A DNA stretch of 64,000 nucleotides from Chrysochromulina tobinii (Eukaryota), in NCBI GenBank assembly GCA_001275005.1, contig JWZX01002881.1:1-64000 (forward strand), written 5' to 3'. Below the pieces are notes generated by a model, which searched no databases, was not told where the DNA came from, and saw nothing but the letters and a program-made list of their open reading frames with translations. Numbering within the stretch: position 1 is the stretch's first letter; each line of letters starts with the position of its first letter. The position numbers were made by a program, and so were the translations under genes. Below are positions 22,887-36,200 of this stretch, one piece after another.

Positions 22887-25110
22887 CTCGACCTCTGCCG
22901 CCCTCTCCGCGGCCTTGGTGAGCTTGTACCTTTCGTACTCTGCCTCGAGGGCCGCCACTTGCTCCTGGGGTACGCCCTGCGCGGCGGTGAGGGGGCCTAC
23001 ATCCTGCGCTCGATCAGCTTCCATAGTAGGATCCGCTTCCAAATTAGGGAGCCGCTCGACCACGCTCCGGAAGGGGCGCGCGCCGCCGTCGACGCCCGCC
23101 ACGACGCCCGTGCGCGGCGGCAGCAGCTGCTGCCACCTCTGCTGCCATTCGTGCGGCACCATGCCGCTCGCATTGCCTAGATGGCCCAAGGAGAGAAGGA
23201 GCGCGCCCAAGGCACAGAGCTTGGCCGTTGCGGCGATGCGAGATCGCGATCTGGAGGCGCTCGGGGAGCACAGCCCACCGCCTCCGATGGAATGGCCGAC
23301 CGCCTGCGCCACGGCCGCCTTGGCTGCATCGGCCACGAGCTTGCCCGCGATCATAGAAGACGCTCGATGCAGCACGTCGGCTGGCGCGACCTCCGGAATC
23401 TCGCCCGATCTCCGGCGCTTCGGCTCACCACGGCGCTTCGGTTCCGGTCGTTTATTCATCGGGTTGGGGGTCGGGGGGGGGCTCTCTCGTGCACCACACG
23501 ACAAGGGGCTGCGCCCATGCAGCGCCAAGTCGCCGTAGCCCGAAACGTGCTGCAGATGGGAGTACGACCCGCCGCCGGCGCGCCCGTTGACGCAAGGGCT
23601 CCCGCCATCGCATGAGCACGTGCAAGGCGCGTCGTAGTGGGCGCCGAGCGCCTGGAAGGAGCGGCGCGCCGCGGTGGCGGAGAGGCGTTCGCTCGAGGCG
23701 CCGCGCCGTAGCGAGCACGAGGAGCATGAGGGCGACGCGTACGACGACGCGCCGTACTGGGCGCCGCACGGCGAGGCGGCGTACGAGGAGGGCGACGGGT
23801 TCAAAGGCGAGCACTTGGGCGGCGCGCCGAACGACGGTTGTAATGGGGACGGATGTGCAGTGGAGCCCGCGAAGCCGGCGACGCCGCCGTACGCGGTGGT
23901 TGAGGGCGAGGCGGTGGTGGTCGGAGAGGTGGGCACCATCACGGAAGCGGGCACCTGATGAGGGAGGCAATCAAGAGGTCCTCAGATCGATTCAGATCGA
24001 CTCAGATCGACTCAGAGCGACTCAGAGCCACTCAGAGGAGGCCATCACGGAGGCCATCACGGAGGCCATCACGGAGGTCATCACGGAGGCCGGTACCGCG
24101 ATGGGTGAGCACCAAGACGAGCAGCCCGGCGAGTCCCTAATTTGGCAAGAGTCCCTCCGTTGGCAGCCCGGCTTCTGGTCCATGAAGAGCGCGCCCGATT
24201 TCTTCGTCGCGGCGGAGTACGCGGCGGCCGCGGCGGCCGCGGCGGCCTCGGCCATGGCACGTGCCTCTTCGGCTTCAATGGCAGCCAGCCTCGCCTCCTC
24301 CGCCGCAATCGCAGCCTCCTCCGCCTGCACCCAGGCCTCAAACGTCTTCTCCTCCTCCTCCAGCGCCGCGAGCTCCTCGGCCAACGCCGCCGCCTCGTCC
24401 CTCGCCGCCGCCGCCGATGACGTGGCCGCTGACGTGGCCGATGACGTGGGCGTTGACGTGGCCGTTGACGTGGCCTGGGCTGTGGCGGCGGTGGCGGCGG
24501 CTGGTGACAAACTCCCTGGCCGCCGTCCCACATTCGGGCTATTAAAGAACGCTCGCGCTGCGGCAGGTGCGGGAGCTGCGGCCGCCAGCGCATCCTCATG
24601 TTCTGGCGTCTCCGCCGATGTGCCACAGCTCGTCTGGACGAGGCCCGTTGACGAATTTGACGAATCGGCCGCCTGCTGCCGTGAGAGCAGCGTCGGCGTC
24701 GCGAGGATGGGACTCGGTGGCCCCTCTGGCTCGGCACTAAATTGGACGATGCCGTCTAAGCTGCCGCGCCCTTCCTGCTGCTGGCCCGCTGCTGCGCCCT
24801 CGTCGTCGCCCAAGGATGTGAGCTGCTCGATCTCAAGGTTGCCCGTCGTCGACTGTCGTGAGAGCGCGGCTCGCGACAGCACGGCGGCATACTGGTCGAG
24901 ATCCAAGCTCGGCTGCCGGTGCAGCGGCCGAGAGGATGCGGCCGGCGCTGCGGCGTGCGACGGCGACCCGAGCTGCTCAACGTCTCTGGCGGGCGACGGT
25001 GAGCTGCTCGTGAAAGAGTCGTCAGAGGCCGAGCCCGAGGATCGTCGCAGCCGCAACTGTGCGCCGAGGCGCGGAGTCTTTGGCGAATCCAGCGCCTCCA
25101 GCCCGAGCAT
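22827..25110 (-). CDS. Low-complexity hypothetical protein with a coiled coil and late hydrophobic segment; intron 23955-24096
   Basis: ORFs 24022..25170 and 22827..23954 join in frame via GT...CCTCATCAG. The 3' end is uncertain. Confidence 0.55.
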
Positions 25111-25543
25111 CGTCTCCGCGAGGTTCCACGGCCTGCACTGCAGGCCCAGCACTGACTGCAGGCCCAGCACGGCCCTGCAGCGCTTCGAAACTTCGGAAAA
25201 GGGATCTCGCGAATCACAAACTTATTTTTTTTAGATGCACAAACAAAGTCCTTTTCGAGCTCGCGCATGCTACGTGTCTCGTATGGGGTCAAGTAAGGTG
25301 TGTGCATTCTGAGAGGGCAGTAACAGTGCCGTTGCACCGGTTGTCGCGCCGTGTGTATGTATGGACACACGACACAGCTTCGTGTTTCTAACTGTTACCG
25401 TACGACCCAAGTCCCAACGACCGTAACGATCACGAAAAATTGCAATTAATTTTCTCTTTTTCCATTCACTCTATTTCCATTCACAAAAGCCACTCCATTC
25501 CACACTCTCCATGGGGCCGCCTAGAGCCCTCACATCTCCGCCC

Positions 25544-26147
25544 TCAAGCCCAGCCTCGAGGGGGGGATACCCTAGGATACCCTATCGAGGGGGGGGATGC
25601 CCTAGAAGCACCTTTGAGGAGCTTTGCCTTCGCCCTTGCCTCCTTGGCACGGATCGCCGCTGCAATGGCCGGGTCCATCGATTTTGCCTTCGCCTCCAAC
25701 TTTGCCTCCGCATTCGCCCCCACCCTCGCCTCCACCCTCGCCTCCTCCCTCGCCTCCGCCGAACCCGCTGCCCCCGCCGCCGTTGTTGCTTGTGCCATGA
25801 ACTGTGGAAGCATCCGACTCCAGATCCCTGCGTCTGACTTGCCACTGCTCGTGCTCGTCGGTGGCGCGGCATGTATCGCTGCATGCATCGCTGCATGCAT
25901 CCCCGCGCTGCCACTGCTCGTCGGGGGCGCCCTCGACAGCGCCTTCGCCCTCGCCCTCGCCTCCTTCTCACTGATCGCCCTCGCCTCCTTCTCACTGATC
26001 GCGGCTCCACCAAACGCGGCTCCACTCGTAGACGCATCCCTAGCCGCCTCCACCTTCGCCATCACCTTCACCTTCTTGGCAAGGCTCGCTGCCGCAAAGT
26101 CTGTCGCCCGTGCTGCGGGTGACCTTGCGTTCGCTCCCTTCGGCGGC

Positions 26148-26203
<56 letters not shown>

Positions 26204-27118
26204 ATTGGCCTTCGCCGAGCAATCCGCGGGCGGCACGACCTTTGTTGACTGGTTTCGCCCGATGATGTAATAGACAGGGTTGTAGGCAAACGCGGAGTCC
26301 GGGCCTGCATTCGCCTCCGGTGCGAAGGCGCGCACCTCGGCCAACGGTATGCCATACCGGTACGCGGATGGCCGAGCTGTCGAGCGCAGCGGCATCGTTG
26401 CCAAATTAGGAGGCTTCATGCCGGGGTGAAGGTCCAGCCACTGACGTAAGGTGGACGCGGGGGCGCCGCCCTTGATGTCGGCAACGATCGTGTGCATGTT
26501 CTCGCCTTGCCGGCTCGCAATATTTCGGACGATGTCCACGAAGTCGATTTCGAGCCGCCTCGGCACATAGATGATCAGATCAGACCACATGTGCGTGCAG
26601 CGCGTCGTGTTCGTCTTTCGGTGGACCGAGCGGAACGGCAGCATGAGCTTGCCGTCCTCGTCGGGCGGCGGTGGAAGCGGCAGCGGCTTACGAAACACAA
26701 GGTCCGCGCGAGTGATGAACAACGCGGAGCGCGATCTCCACTCCGCCGGCCCAGTCTGATTCGCCCAAACGAGGGTGGCTACCAGGGTCTCAGTCTGAGT
26801 ACGATGGCGATACGTCTCCCTGATGCGCTCCTCAATAATTGCAGCGCGGAGCCCGCTTGCGCTCTTCGCTCGCTGCCAAGCGCTGTGCAGGTGAGAGGGC
26901 ATCACCACGTCGATGGCGAGGCCAACTCGCCATCCGAGGGTGCGTGCGGGCGCGATGACATTTTGCTGGAGAGACCGCAGTGCCTGGATCTGCTCATCGG
27001 GCGACGAGCTGACTCGTAGGGGCGCGCTCGGGTCTTGCGAGGCTCGTCCGCCACCGCGGAAGGCCAACCCGCGGATCACGATCAAGAGGATGTTCTGCAT
27101 GAGTACCCCTTGTTGCAT
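25544..27118 (-). CDS. Hypothetical protein with motifs similar to the 3040-4559 gene and an Ala-rich tail
   Basis: LLIVIRGLAFRGG ... LFITRADLVF, in an uninterrupted ORF. Confidence 0.55.
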
Positions 27119-27286
27119 TCGACGGATCGCCTCCGTCGCGTGAACGTAAAAAGGTCGTTTCACACCCCAAACACGTTCCGTTCACACCATCGAGGGTCCT
27201 AAAAAAAGGGACCCTGCTCACCCGCGCCATGTAAACCCTACACACCCCACACGCCCCCCACACTGTCACCAGGGCGGGCGTGGCCA

Positions 27287-30200
27287 TCACTTCTTGCCCT
27301 TCCCCTTGTTCCGTACCTTGATGGTGATGGGCGCAAAGTCGCAGTCGGGACGCCCACAAGCCGTGCAGTACTTGACGAGCGACGTCGACTCGGTCGCAGG
27401 GATTGCGTCCGAACGCTCCTTGGCACGCCGCGCACGCTCCTTCGCCTCGCGCAGCTTCGTCAACTGCTGCACGTTCGAGCCCTGCTTCTTGAGCATCTCG
27501 CCCACGCCGGCGTCGTCGACCCCGTACTTCTGCTTGAGGAAGTCTTTCGTTCCCTGCGGCCAGTCGCGCTTCCCGGTCATCATCTGCTCAATGTCGTCGA
27601 GCTCGCCATGCCAGCCTGAGCCCATCATCGCGTCGCTCACCCACAGGTCCTCGCCGTCGCCCTTCGCCTCCTCGTCCCCATCGCCCGCCTCCTCGCCGCC
27701 GCCCTTTTTCTCGCGCACGGTGCGTGTGAGGACGTTCGTGGTGGTGCGCACCACGGGCGCTCTCTCGTACATCTGATCCATCGGGGTCGGCTCATGCAAC
27801 GGACGCTCCTCCTCGTCGACCTCGTTGCATAAGTCACCCGACGACAGCCCGTCGTCGCCGCCGCCGCCGCTGCGACCGCCGCCGCTGCGACCGCCGCCGC
27901 TGCCGCTGCCGCTCGTCGAAGGTTCGTCAATCTCTTCAATCATCGAAGGTCCGTCAATCTCTTCAATGATCGCGCCGCCACCAGTCGAGCCAGCGGCCGG
28001 CGCGAGGTTCAACCACCCACCGCTGCTGCCGTTACCGCCAGTCGTGCGGCCGTAAGACGGTGGGTGCGAGCCACCGCCTCTGCCGCCGCCGCCACCATCG
28101 GCCGGTGGCCAGACGGGCGGCGGCTGACTGGCCGCGCCCACACCCTTGCTCCCGGCGTGCTTCTTGACCATCGCCCGCAGGCCTTCTTCATCAGCGCCTA
28201 TCAGCTCGTCCACCTTGACCTTCTTGACGAACGCCTGGAAGGTGGGCATGGCCCGCACGCCGCACGCGCGCGCCGTCTCCTGGTTCTCGTCCACGTCGAC
28301 CTTGATGAAGCACGCGTGCGGGAACTCGAGGGCGAGGGCTTCAAAAGTGGGGACGATTCTCTGGGACGGTTCGCACCACGTCGCTGTGAAGTCGACAAAG
28401 GTGGTGGTCGACGAGGCGGCGCTCTGTGCGAGGACGGCGTCGTATTCCGCCTTGGTGGCGGGCTGGCGTATGGGTGGCGAGCGCTGGCTCAGCGTCGGCT
28501 TCTGTGAAGCTGATCTCTCCTCCGCCGCCGCCCACTCGTCCGCAGTTTCGTCAAAGGGCGCGAGATCACGCACGGCGGCGTACAGATCGGCCACCTCGTA
28601 CACGCCGAGCAGCTTGGACGTCGGTTTGGCGGCGGCGCCGCCGCCCGCCGCCGCTGCCGCCGCCTTCACCTCCTTCATGCGCCGCGTCGCGCGCTTCTTG
28701 TACATGGTCGCGACGAGCGTGCCGACCGTGCGGCCGCACGCCCAAGCTGGCCCGAGGCCGCGCATTAGCTGTCGCATGCAAGGCTCGAGGGCGGCCGCCG
28801 CGTCGGGCGAGAGGCTGAGCTTCTCCTTGGCGACCATCGAGCTCGTCACCTGGGTGAGGGAGAGGGGGAGAGGGGGAGGGGGGATGGGGAGGGGGTTAGG
28901 CATGGGGTCAGGTTCGTCAGCCGTGGGTTAGGCATGGGGTCAGGTTCGGGTTCGGGCTTGCCCGTCACCTTGGCCGCAAGGCTCGCTGACCACACGGGGA
29001 AGTGGAGTGTCTTCGAGAAGCACGAGGCGAGCGTCGCGCTCGCGCCAAAGAGTTTGCCTGATGAGGGGGGCAATCGGCATGCACTTTTTCAGCGATGCAC
29101 ACTCAGCGATGCACTCAGCATGCAATCAGGTTGTCGCGTTCGCGCCAAAAAGGCTTGCCGATCTCGTCCTTGGTGCCAGCGACGATGACGACAAGCTTGC
29201 CTCGGTACTCTTCAGATAAGACGAGCTGCGACAGCGTGTCGCATACCTCCTTGTTGTACGATGCGCCGGCGCCGGCCCCCGATTCGGGCGCCATCCCGCC
29301 CGCATCGTCAATGAAGAGCACGCCCCCCAGCGCACTCTTGACGATCTCGGTCACCTGATGAGGGAGGCAATCAGCATGCACTCGGAGGCCATCAGCAATG
29401 CACTCAGAGATGCACTCAGCGAGGCAGTCAGAGGCCGAGCACTCTGAGGACGCTCGTTCACCTTGGCCTGCGTGCCGCCCAAGTACCGATCCTGCATCGT
29501 GCGCCCGCTCATCTTGACCACATTGTCGCTCGGGAGCAGCCCCACGTTCTTGAGGATGGACCCGAATCGGCAGGCGAGCGTCGCCTTACCCACGCCGGGC
29601 GCGCCGCAGAAGGCGAGGTGGCCGAGCATGCCGCGAGCGTCGCGCTCCTCCTGATGAGGGAGGCAATCAGATGCCATCAGAGGCCATCAGAGGCCATTCG
29701 AGGCCATCATAGAAGCCATTAGAGGCCACTAGAGGCAAATTAGACACAAGCAGACGCAGCAATCGCACGCAGACGCAAGCGGACGTACCTCCTTGGCAAG
29801 GCTGAGGCTCGCCTCGAGCTCATCAAAGTACTCGTGGATGAAATCGACGTCGACCAGGTCGTCGAGCGCCACGCGCACCTGTGGGGAAGGGGTGGAGGCG
29901 CCGCGGTGAGCACTTGCATGCCGATCCGAGTCGGTCGAGCCGCCACGTGGCGCACCTTGGAAAAGTCGGCCGGGTTCTTGTCAAAGTCCTCAGGCAGCAG
30001 CAGCGACTGGTTGACGCGCGTGCCGCCAGGGGGGGCTTCGCCGAGGTCCGCGGCGGCGCGCTCGGCGGCGAGGGTCTTCGTGAGGCGCGATTGCATCCGT
30101 TCTTTGGCGCGGGTGAGGGCGTTGTCGACCGAGCCCGCGTTGCCAAAGTTGGGCTTCATGCGCTCGCGAGCGATGATGGCGACGGCGTCCTCGGCGGTGG

Positions 30201-33200
30201 GCAGCGTGATCGAGAGACCGGCCGAACGAACCTGTGGGGAAGGGGTAGGCGCGCCGTGGTAAGCACTTCGCCCTTGATGTGTACGAGCGCGCCATGGTGA
30301 GCACTTGCATGCGCACCTTCTCCCTCAGGATGTGAACGAGCTGCGGGTCAGTGTAGTCGGCGAAGAGGAAGGCGTCCTCGGGCCGAAAGCGCCTCGCGAG
30401 CCCCGGGTTGGCATCGCGCAGCAGCGCGTTCACGTCGTCCTCGTAGCCGCACATGATGATCGCGATGTCCTCCCCGGGGGTACCTTGCACCTGATGAGGG
30501 GCGTCATCGGATGGCAATCAGAGGCGATCAGATGGCAATCCGTTCGTCATCAGATGGTCCTCAGATGGCAATCAGGGTACCTTTTGCACAATGGTATCGA
30601 CGACATTCGCGCAAAAGGAGTTGGACGAGCGCTTCGGGTTGAGGCCGTAGCACTCGTCGATCAGCAGTACCTGGTGAGCATCGTGGTGAGAGGGCGTCGT
30701 GGTGAGCATTTGCATGCGCTCGGCCTGTTCGCGCCGTGATGAGCATTTGCATGCGCTCGGCCTGTTCGCGCCGTGGTGAGCATTTGCATGCGCTCGGTCT
30801 GTTCGAGTCGTCGATGAGCCGCACCTTGCCTCGGCAAGCTTCGAGAAGCTCGACCGTCTTGCGCTCGCTCTCACCGACCGCAGAGCCCAAAAAGTCCGAG
30901 GGTCCCTTGACGACCACCTGATGAGGGAAGCCATCAAGGGAGGTCATCAGGGAGGTCATCAGGGAGGTCATCAGGGAGGTCATCAGGGAGGTCATCAGGG
31001 AGGTCATCAGGGAGGTCATCAAGGAGATCGCACCTCGCCGTTCGAGAGGAAGCCGAAACGCTTGAGGAGTCGCCCAAAGAGCTGTGGAAGGAGGGCCAAG
31101 CGCCGCGGTGAGCACTTGCATGCACGGTAGGGGTCCTGGGTTGAGCGCTCCGCGTACCTTGGCGACGGTCGTCTTGCCAGTGCCGGGCTTGCCGTAGAAG
31201 ATCCGATGGAGAGGGACATAGAGAGGCTTCTCGCCTCGAGCCTCGCGCTCCCAGTTGCCCAGCTGGAGGTGCATCAGCTCGCGCACCTGATGAGGGATGC
31301 AATCATATGCAATCAGATGCAATCAAGGGGTGCAATCAAGCTGGAGGTGCATGAGCTCGCGCACCTTGGCCTTCACCTCGTCGAGGCCGGTGAGTGTCTC
31401 TAGCTCCTTGAGCTCAGGCGAGTTGTCGAGCACCGGCTTGGCACCCTGATGAGGGGCGCAATCAAGAGGCGTCCTCAGAGTTCATCAGAGTGCTCATCAG
31501 TGGGATCATCAGCGCTCATCAGCAGGATCATTAGTGCTCATCAGTGGTATCATCAGTGCTCATCAGTGGCCTCCGTACCAGCGCATCCTCCCGCGAGATG
31601 GTCGTCGCCATCTCAGCGCTCGGCGTCTCGCCTCCGTCGATGAGCATCGAGAGGCGCTCCTCTTGTCGCTTGATAGCTTGCTCGATCTGATTGCGCACCT
31701 GATGAGGCAGCCAATCAGCATGCACTCAGCCACGCAGCATTACGAGGTTGAGAATCTGGCGGCAATCAAGGGTTGCAATCAAGGGGTGCAATCAAGAGGC
31801 GTCATCAGAGGTCATCAGAGGTTGAGGATCTGGCGGCGGCGCACCGCGCGCGCGTTGCCAAAGCCGCGCTGCCCCGCGCCGTAGGCGAGGCGCGAGGCGA
31901 CGATCGACGCGACCGACGGGCTTGCCTGATGAGGGGAGCAATCAGCATGCACTTTTTCAGCGATGCACACTCAGCGATGCACGCAGCATGCAATCAGGTT
32001 GTCGCGTTCGCGCCAAAAGAGCTTGCCGACTCGACGACCATCTTGCGGTCGCTCATCATCTTGTGATAGATGGCGCGCAGCTCGGGCTCGAGATAGTCCT
32101 CGAAGACCCACCTGATGAGGGGCGTAATCGGAGGTCATCAGTGGCAATCAGCTGGCAGGTAGCATGCACTCAGAGGCGCACTCACGTGTTTGGGAAGCGC
32201 GACGCGAGCCCCGGGTTGAACGAGAGTAACGTCTCGACTTCATCACGGTAGCCCGCAAGCACAACCGAGCACTCGCCACGCTTATCCTCCGCAAAGGTGA
32301 GCAGCAGGTTCATGATGTCGGCGCCGTCCTTGTTGTTCTTCGGGTCGAGCTGGTACACCTCGTCAATGAAGAGCACGCCGCCGTCGACCTGCTCGAGCAT
32401 CTTCTTGAACTCGTCCGCGCCGTCCCGGAGCAGATTACCGCCGGTGGTGCTCCGTATTTCGGAGCTCGAGCGCAGCTTGAAGTCGTGCAGGATCTTGGCC
32501 ATCAGACGCGACACCTCCGTCTTGCCCGTACCTGATGATAGAGGCCGTCAGGCGTCATTAGAGGCGTCATTAGAGGCAATCAGAGAGGCCACCAGGGGCC
32601 ATCATTAGAGGCCATCAAGGGCAATCAGAGGCCATCAGACGTGCCCGGGTTGCCGATGAAGACAAAGTGGCGGTTCACGTCGGCGGTAGCGTCCGCCGGC
32701 TTCAGGCTTGCAAGCTCGACGGAGTACGCGACGTTGAGCGCGTCGCGCTTGATGCGCTCGAGGCCGACCATCGCCATCAACTTGTCCATCGCGCTCGACT
32801 TAATCTCGGGGTGCTTGAGCTTGTACCTGATGAGGGAGGCCATCAGCCATCCTCAGAGGCCATCAGAGGCCATCAGAGGCCATCAGAGGCCATCAGAGGC
32901 CATCAGAGGCCATCAGTGGTCATCAGAGGCCATCAGAGGCCATCAGAGGTCATCAGAGGTCATCAGAGGCCATCAGAGGCCATCAGAGGCCATCAGAGGC
33001 CATCAGAGATCATCAGACGTACCGCTCCCACTGCGCCTTCGCCAGCGACGCGGATGCCGATTCGAGCGGATCGTCGTCGTCGTTCTCCATCAGCTTCTCG
33101 ACCGTATCCTTATTTGGGTCGAGCCAGAGCGCCGCCTCTGCCTCGAAGAGGGCGAACGTGCGCAGGTACAGCGATGCACGCAGTCGGTGCTCCTTGGCGG

Positions 33201-36200
33201 GCTTGAGCAGCTTGTGCGCGAGATAGCACCCGTAGAGTACGACGGGGTCGAAGGCGGCCTGCGGCATCGGCGTCTCGAAGGTGCGCAGGTACACCTCGAT
33301 GCGTCGACGCGGCTCGACTGGGTCCCAGCCCTGAGGAAGGAGGCCATCAGGCGTCATCAGGCGTCATGACAGCTCATCGATCGACATCAGAGCTCATCAG
33401 AGCTCATCCGGCTCATCAGTGGCAATCAAGGTACCTCCTTGAGCTGCGAGAGTGCGGAGTAGATTTGGCAATCAGTGGCAATCAGTGGCCATCAGTGGCA
33501 ATCAAGGTACCTCCTTGAGCTGCGAGAGTGCGGAGTAGATCTGGCCGCGCGGATCCGCCGTCTGGTCGCAGAGCTCGTACCTGATGAGGGAGGCAATCAG
33601 AAGGGTCATGGCATGGTACACGGCGGCAATCAGAGGATCCTCCGCGGCAATCAGAGGCAATCAGAGGCAATCAGACGTACGCCTTCTGGTACTCCTTGCG
33701 CAGTAGATGGCACACGCCCTGGCGCAGCTGCGCGTCGGCGCTCTTGAACTTGTCGTCGATCCGAGACGTCGCGTCCGCACCAAACGAGGCCTCGAGGGCG
33801 GTGTACATGGCGCGCAACGCGATGGGCGGCAGCAGTCGCGCCGCCTCGAGCGTTGGGCGCATGGCGCGCGCGCGGGCTGCTCGCGGCAACGGCTGTGCCT
33901 CGCCCTCGGACGACGGCGTAACCACCAAGGGCGGCCGGAGGTCAGAGGTCGAGGCGGGAGGGGCGGTGGCCTCCGCCCCCGCCCCCGCCGATGCCGCCGC
34001 CGCCGCCGCCGACCCCGCCGCCGCCAATGACGACGACGACGCGGACGATGGCATCGGTGCAGACGCATTCTTAGCGGCTGCGGGCGTGCGCTCCATGAGG
34101 AGAGAATCGAGCTCATCGACGGCCGCACGGCGCTCGGCAGAGGCGGCTGCCTCGGCCGCCCGCTCAGCCGCCTGCTGCTCCTTTTGCAGCCGTGCGGCGG
34201 CTAGGCGCGCATTGACGACGTCGAGTGCCTCGACGAGCACCTGATGAGGGGTGCCATCACGAGGTGTCATCAGAGGTCATCAGAGGTCATCAGAGGTCAT
34301 CAGGGGTCATCAGAGGGCCGTGTAGATCGGTCCGAGCGCCGTAACGAGCACCATGTCACCGCTGACCGGTGTGAAGTGCTTCACGTGGAGCTCCGTCGCC
34401 AAATGATACACCTTCTCACCGACGCCATCGGCCACATGCCCGCCGGAGCGCCCGGCAAGATCGATAGCCTTCAGAATGCGCGTGGGCAGCCCTGATGAGG
34501 AAGGTCATTAGAGGTCATAGAAGCCAAATGAGAGGCAAGTAGAGGTCATGAGAGGCGAACAGCTTGCGTACCGCACCCCTCCGCCTCGGCTTGGAATCAG
34601 AGGTCATCAGAGGCACTCATATGTCATCGGAGGCAATCAGCGTACCGCACCCCTCCGCCTCGGCTTGGAATCAGAGGTCATCAGTGGCACTCATATGTCA
34701 TCGGAGGCAATCAGCGTACCGCACTCCTCCGCCTCGGCTTGGAATCGCTGCCCTCGCTCACCACTGGCCGAGAGGAGTTTGAGGAGGCCTTTGAGTGCGA
34801 TGAGCAGCGTAGGCATCACGTACGCCATGTCGGAGCTCGAGCCTTCGCCCTCGCCGCTCACCCCGCCGCTCACCTGAGGAGGGAGGCCATCAAGGCAGCT
34901 GATGAGGGCGGCCATCAAGGCAGCTGAGGAGGGAGACCATCAAGGCAGCTGATGAGGGAGGCCATCAAGGCAGCTGAGGAGGGAGGCCATCAAGGCAGCT
35001 CACTGAGATCATCCTTGCAAAGAGTTCGACCGGCTTGATCTTATTGATTGCCGAGAGCATGAGCAGGCCCATCGGCAGCAACCCCTGCTTGCCCTTCACC
35101 TCGACCTGCACCTGCGTCTTGTCATCGCTCAATTTCGTCACCTTCCCAATGTCGGAGGCAGACTCAAACGGCGCGAGCACCGTTGGGGCCTTCTCGCCCT
35201 GAGGCTTGTCCGAGAGCATGACCTTGTCGCCGACCTTGGTCGACTTGACCTTATGCGCCTCCTCCCACTTGGTAAGAGACAGGCACAGGCTCTCGACCTC
35301 ACCATCTCCCGCGCAATTCTCGAGCGCGACCGCGAGAACACCGCCCGCCGCGGCGCGCACCGTCGTCGGACGCGTCTCGTCGATCGAGATCGCGTAGATC
35401 GGTCCTGATGAAGGAGATTATCAGGATATTATGATACTACGTACTATGTCATCAGAGGTCATCAATAGGCCATCAATAGGCCATCAGAGCACCGTACACC
35501 TCCGGGTCGAAGGCGAGCTCCGCCCGTAATCAGAGGTCATCAGAGGTCATCAGAGGTCATCAGCGCACCGTACACCTCCGGGTCGAAGGCGAGCTCCGCC
35601 CGATGCTTCTCAAAATGGCAGAGCGTCCTCGCGAGCAGTACGAGCGCCAGCTTGCACACGGGCTCATCGTCGAGCGCCGCCGCGTCGCAAAAGTGCTTCA
35701 CGATGCTCCCGTTCTCCTTCATCCGGTTGAGGACCACCGCGCCGGCCGTCTCGCCGCTCGCCGTCGCTGCTGCCGCGGCGGCGGTGTCGCCCGTCGACTC
35801 CGGTTCGTCATCCGTATTAGGCAAACCCATGCCTGTGCCTTCGGCCTCGGTGACCGTGTTGAGCACGTCGAGCGGCCGCAGCAGATGGGCATGTCGCGCC
35901 GGCGGCGTCGCCGGATCACCCTGTTTGGCTTTGAGGTACTCGGCAATGCGCTTGGTCGCCTGCTCCACCTGATGAGGGAGGCAATCAGTCGCGCTCAGCT
36001 CGCAATCAGGAGACCATCAAGAGGCGACGGCGCTCGATCGCCTGCTCCACCTGATGAGCTAGGCAATCATCGTCATCAGAGGCAATCATCGTCATCAGAG
36101 GCAATGCACCTCGCTTGGCAGCCACTTGGCCACGTTGTCGCACAGAGCTTGCACCGGCGCCATGCCACCCAGCGTCATCGCCTTGATCAGGTCGAGCACC

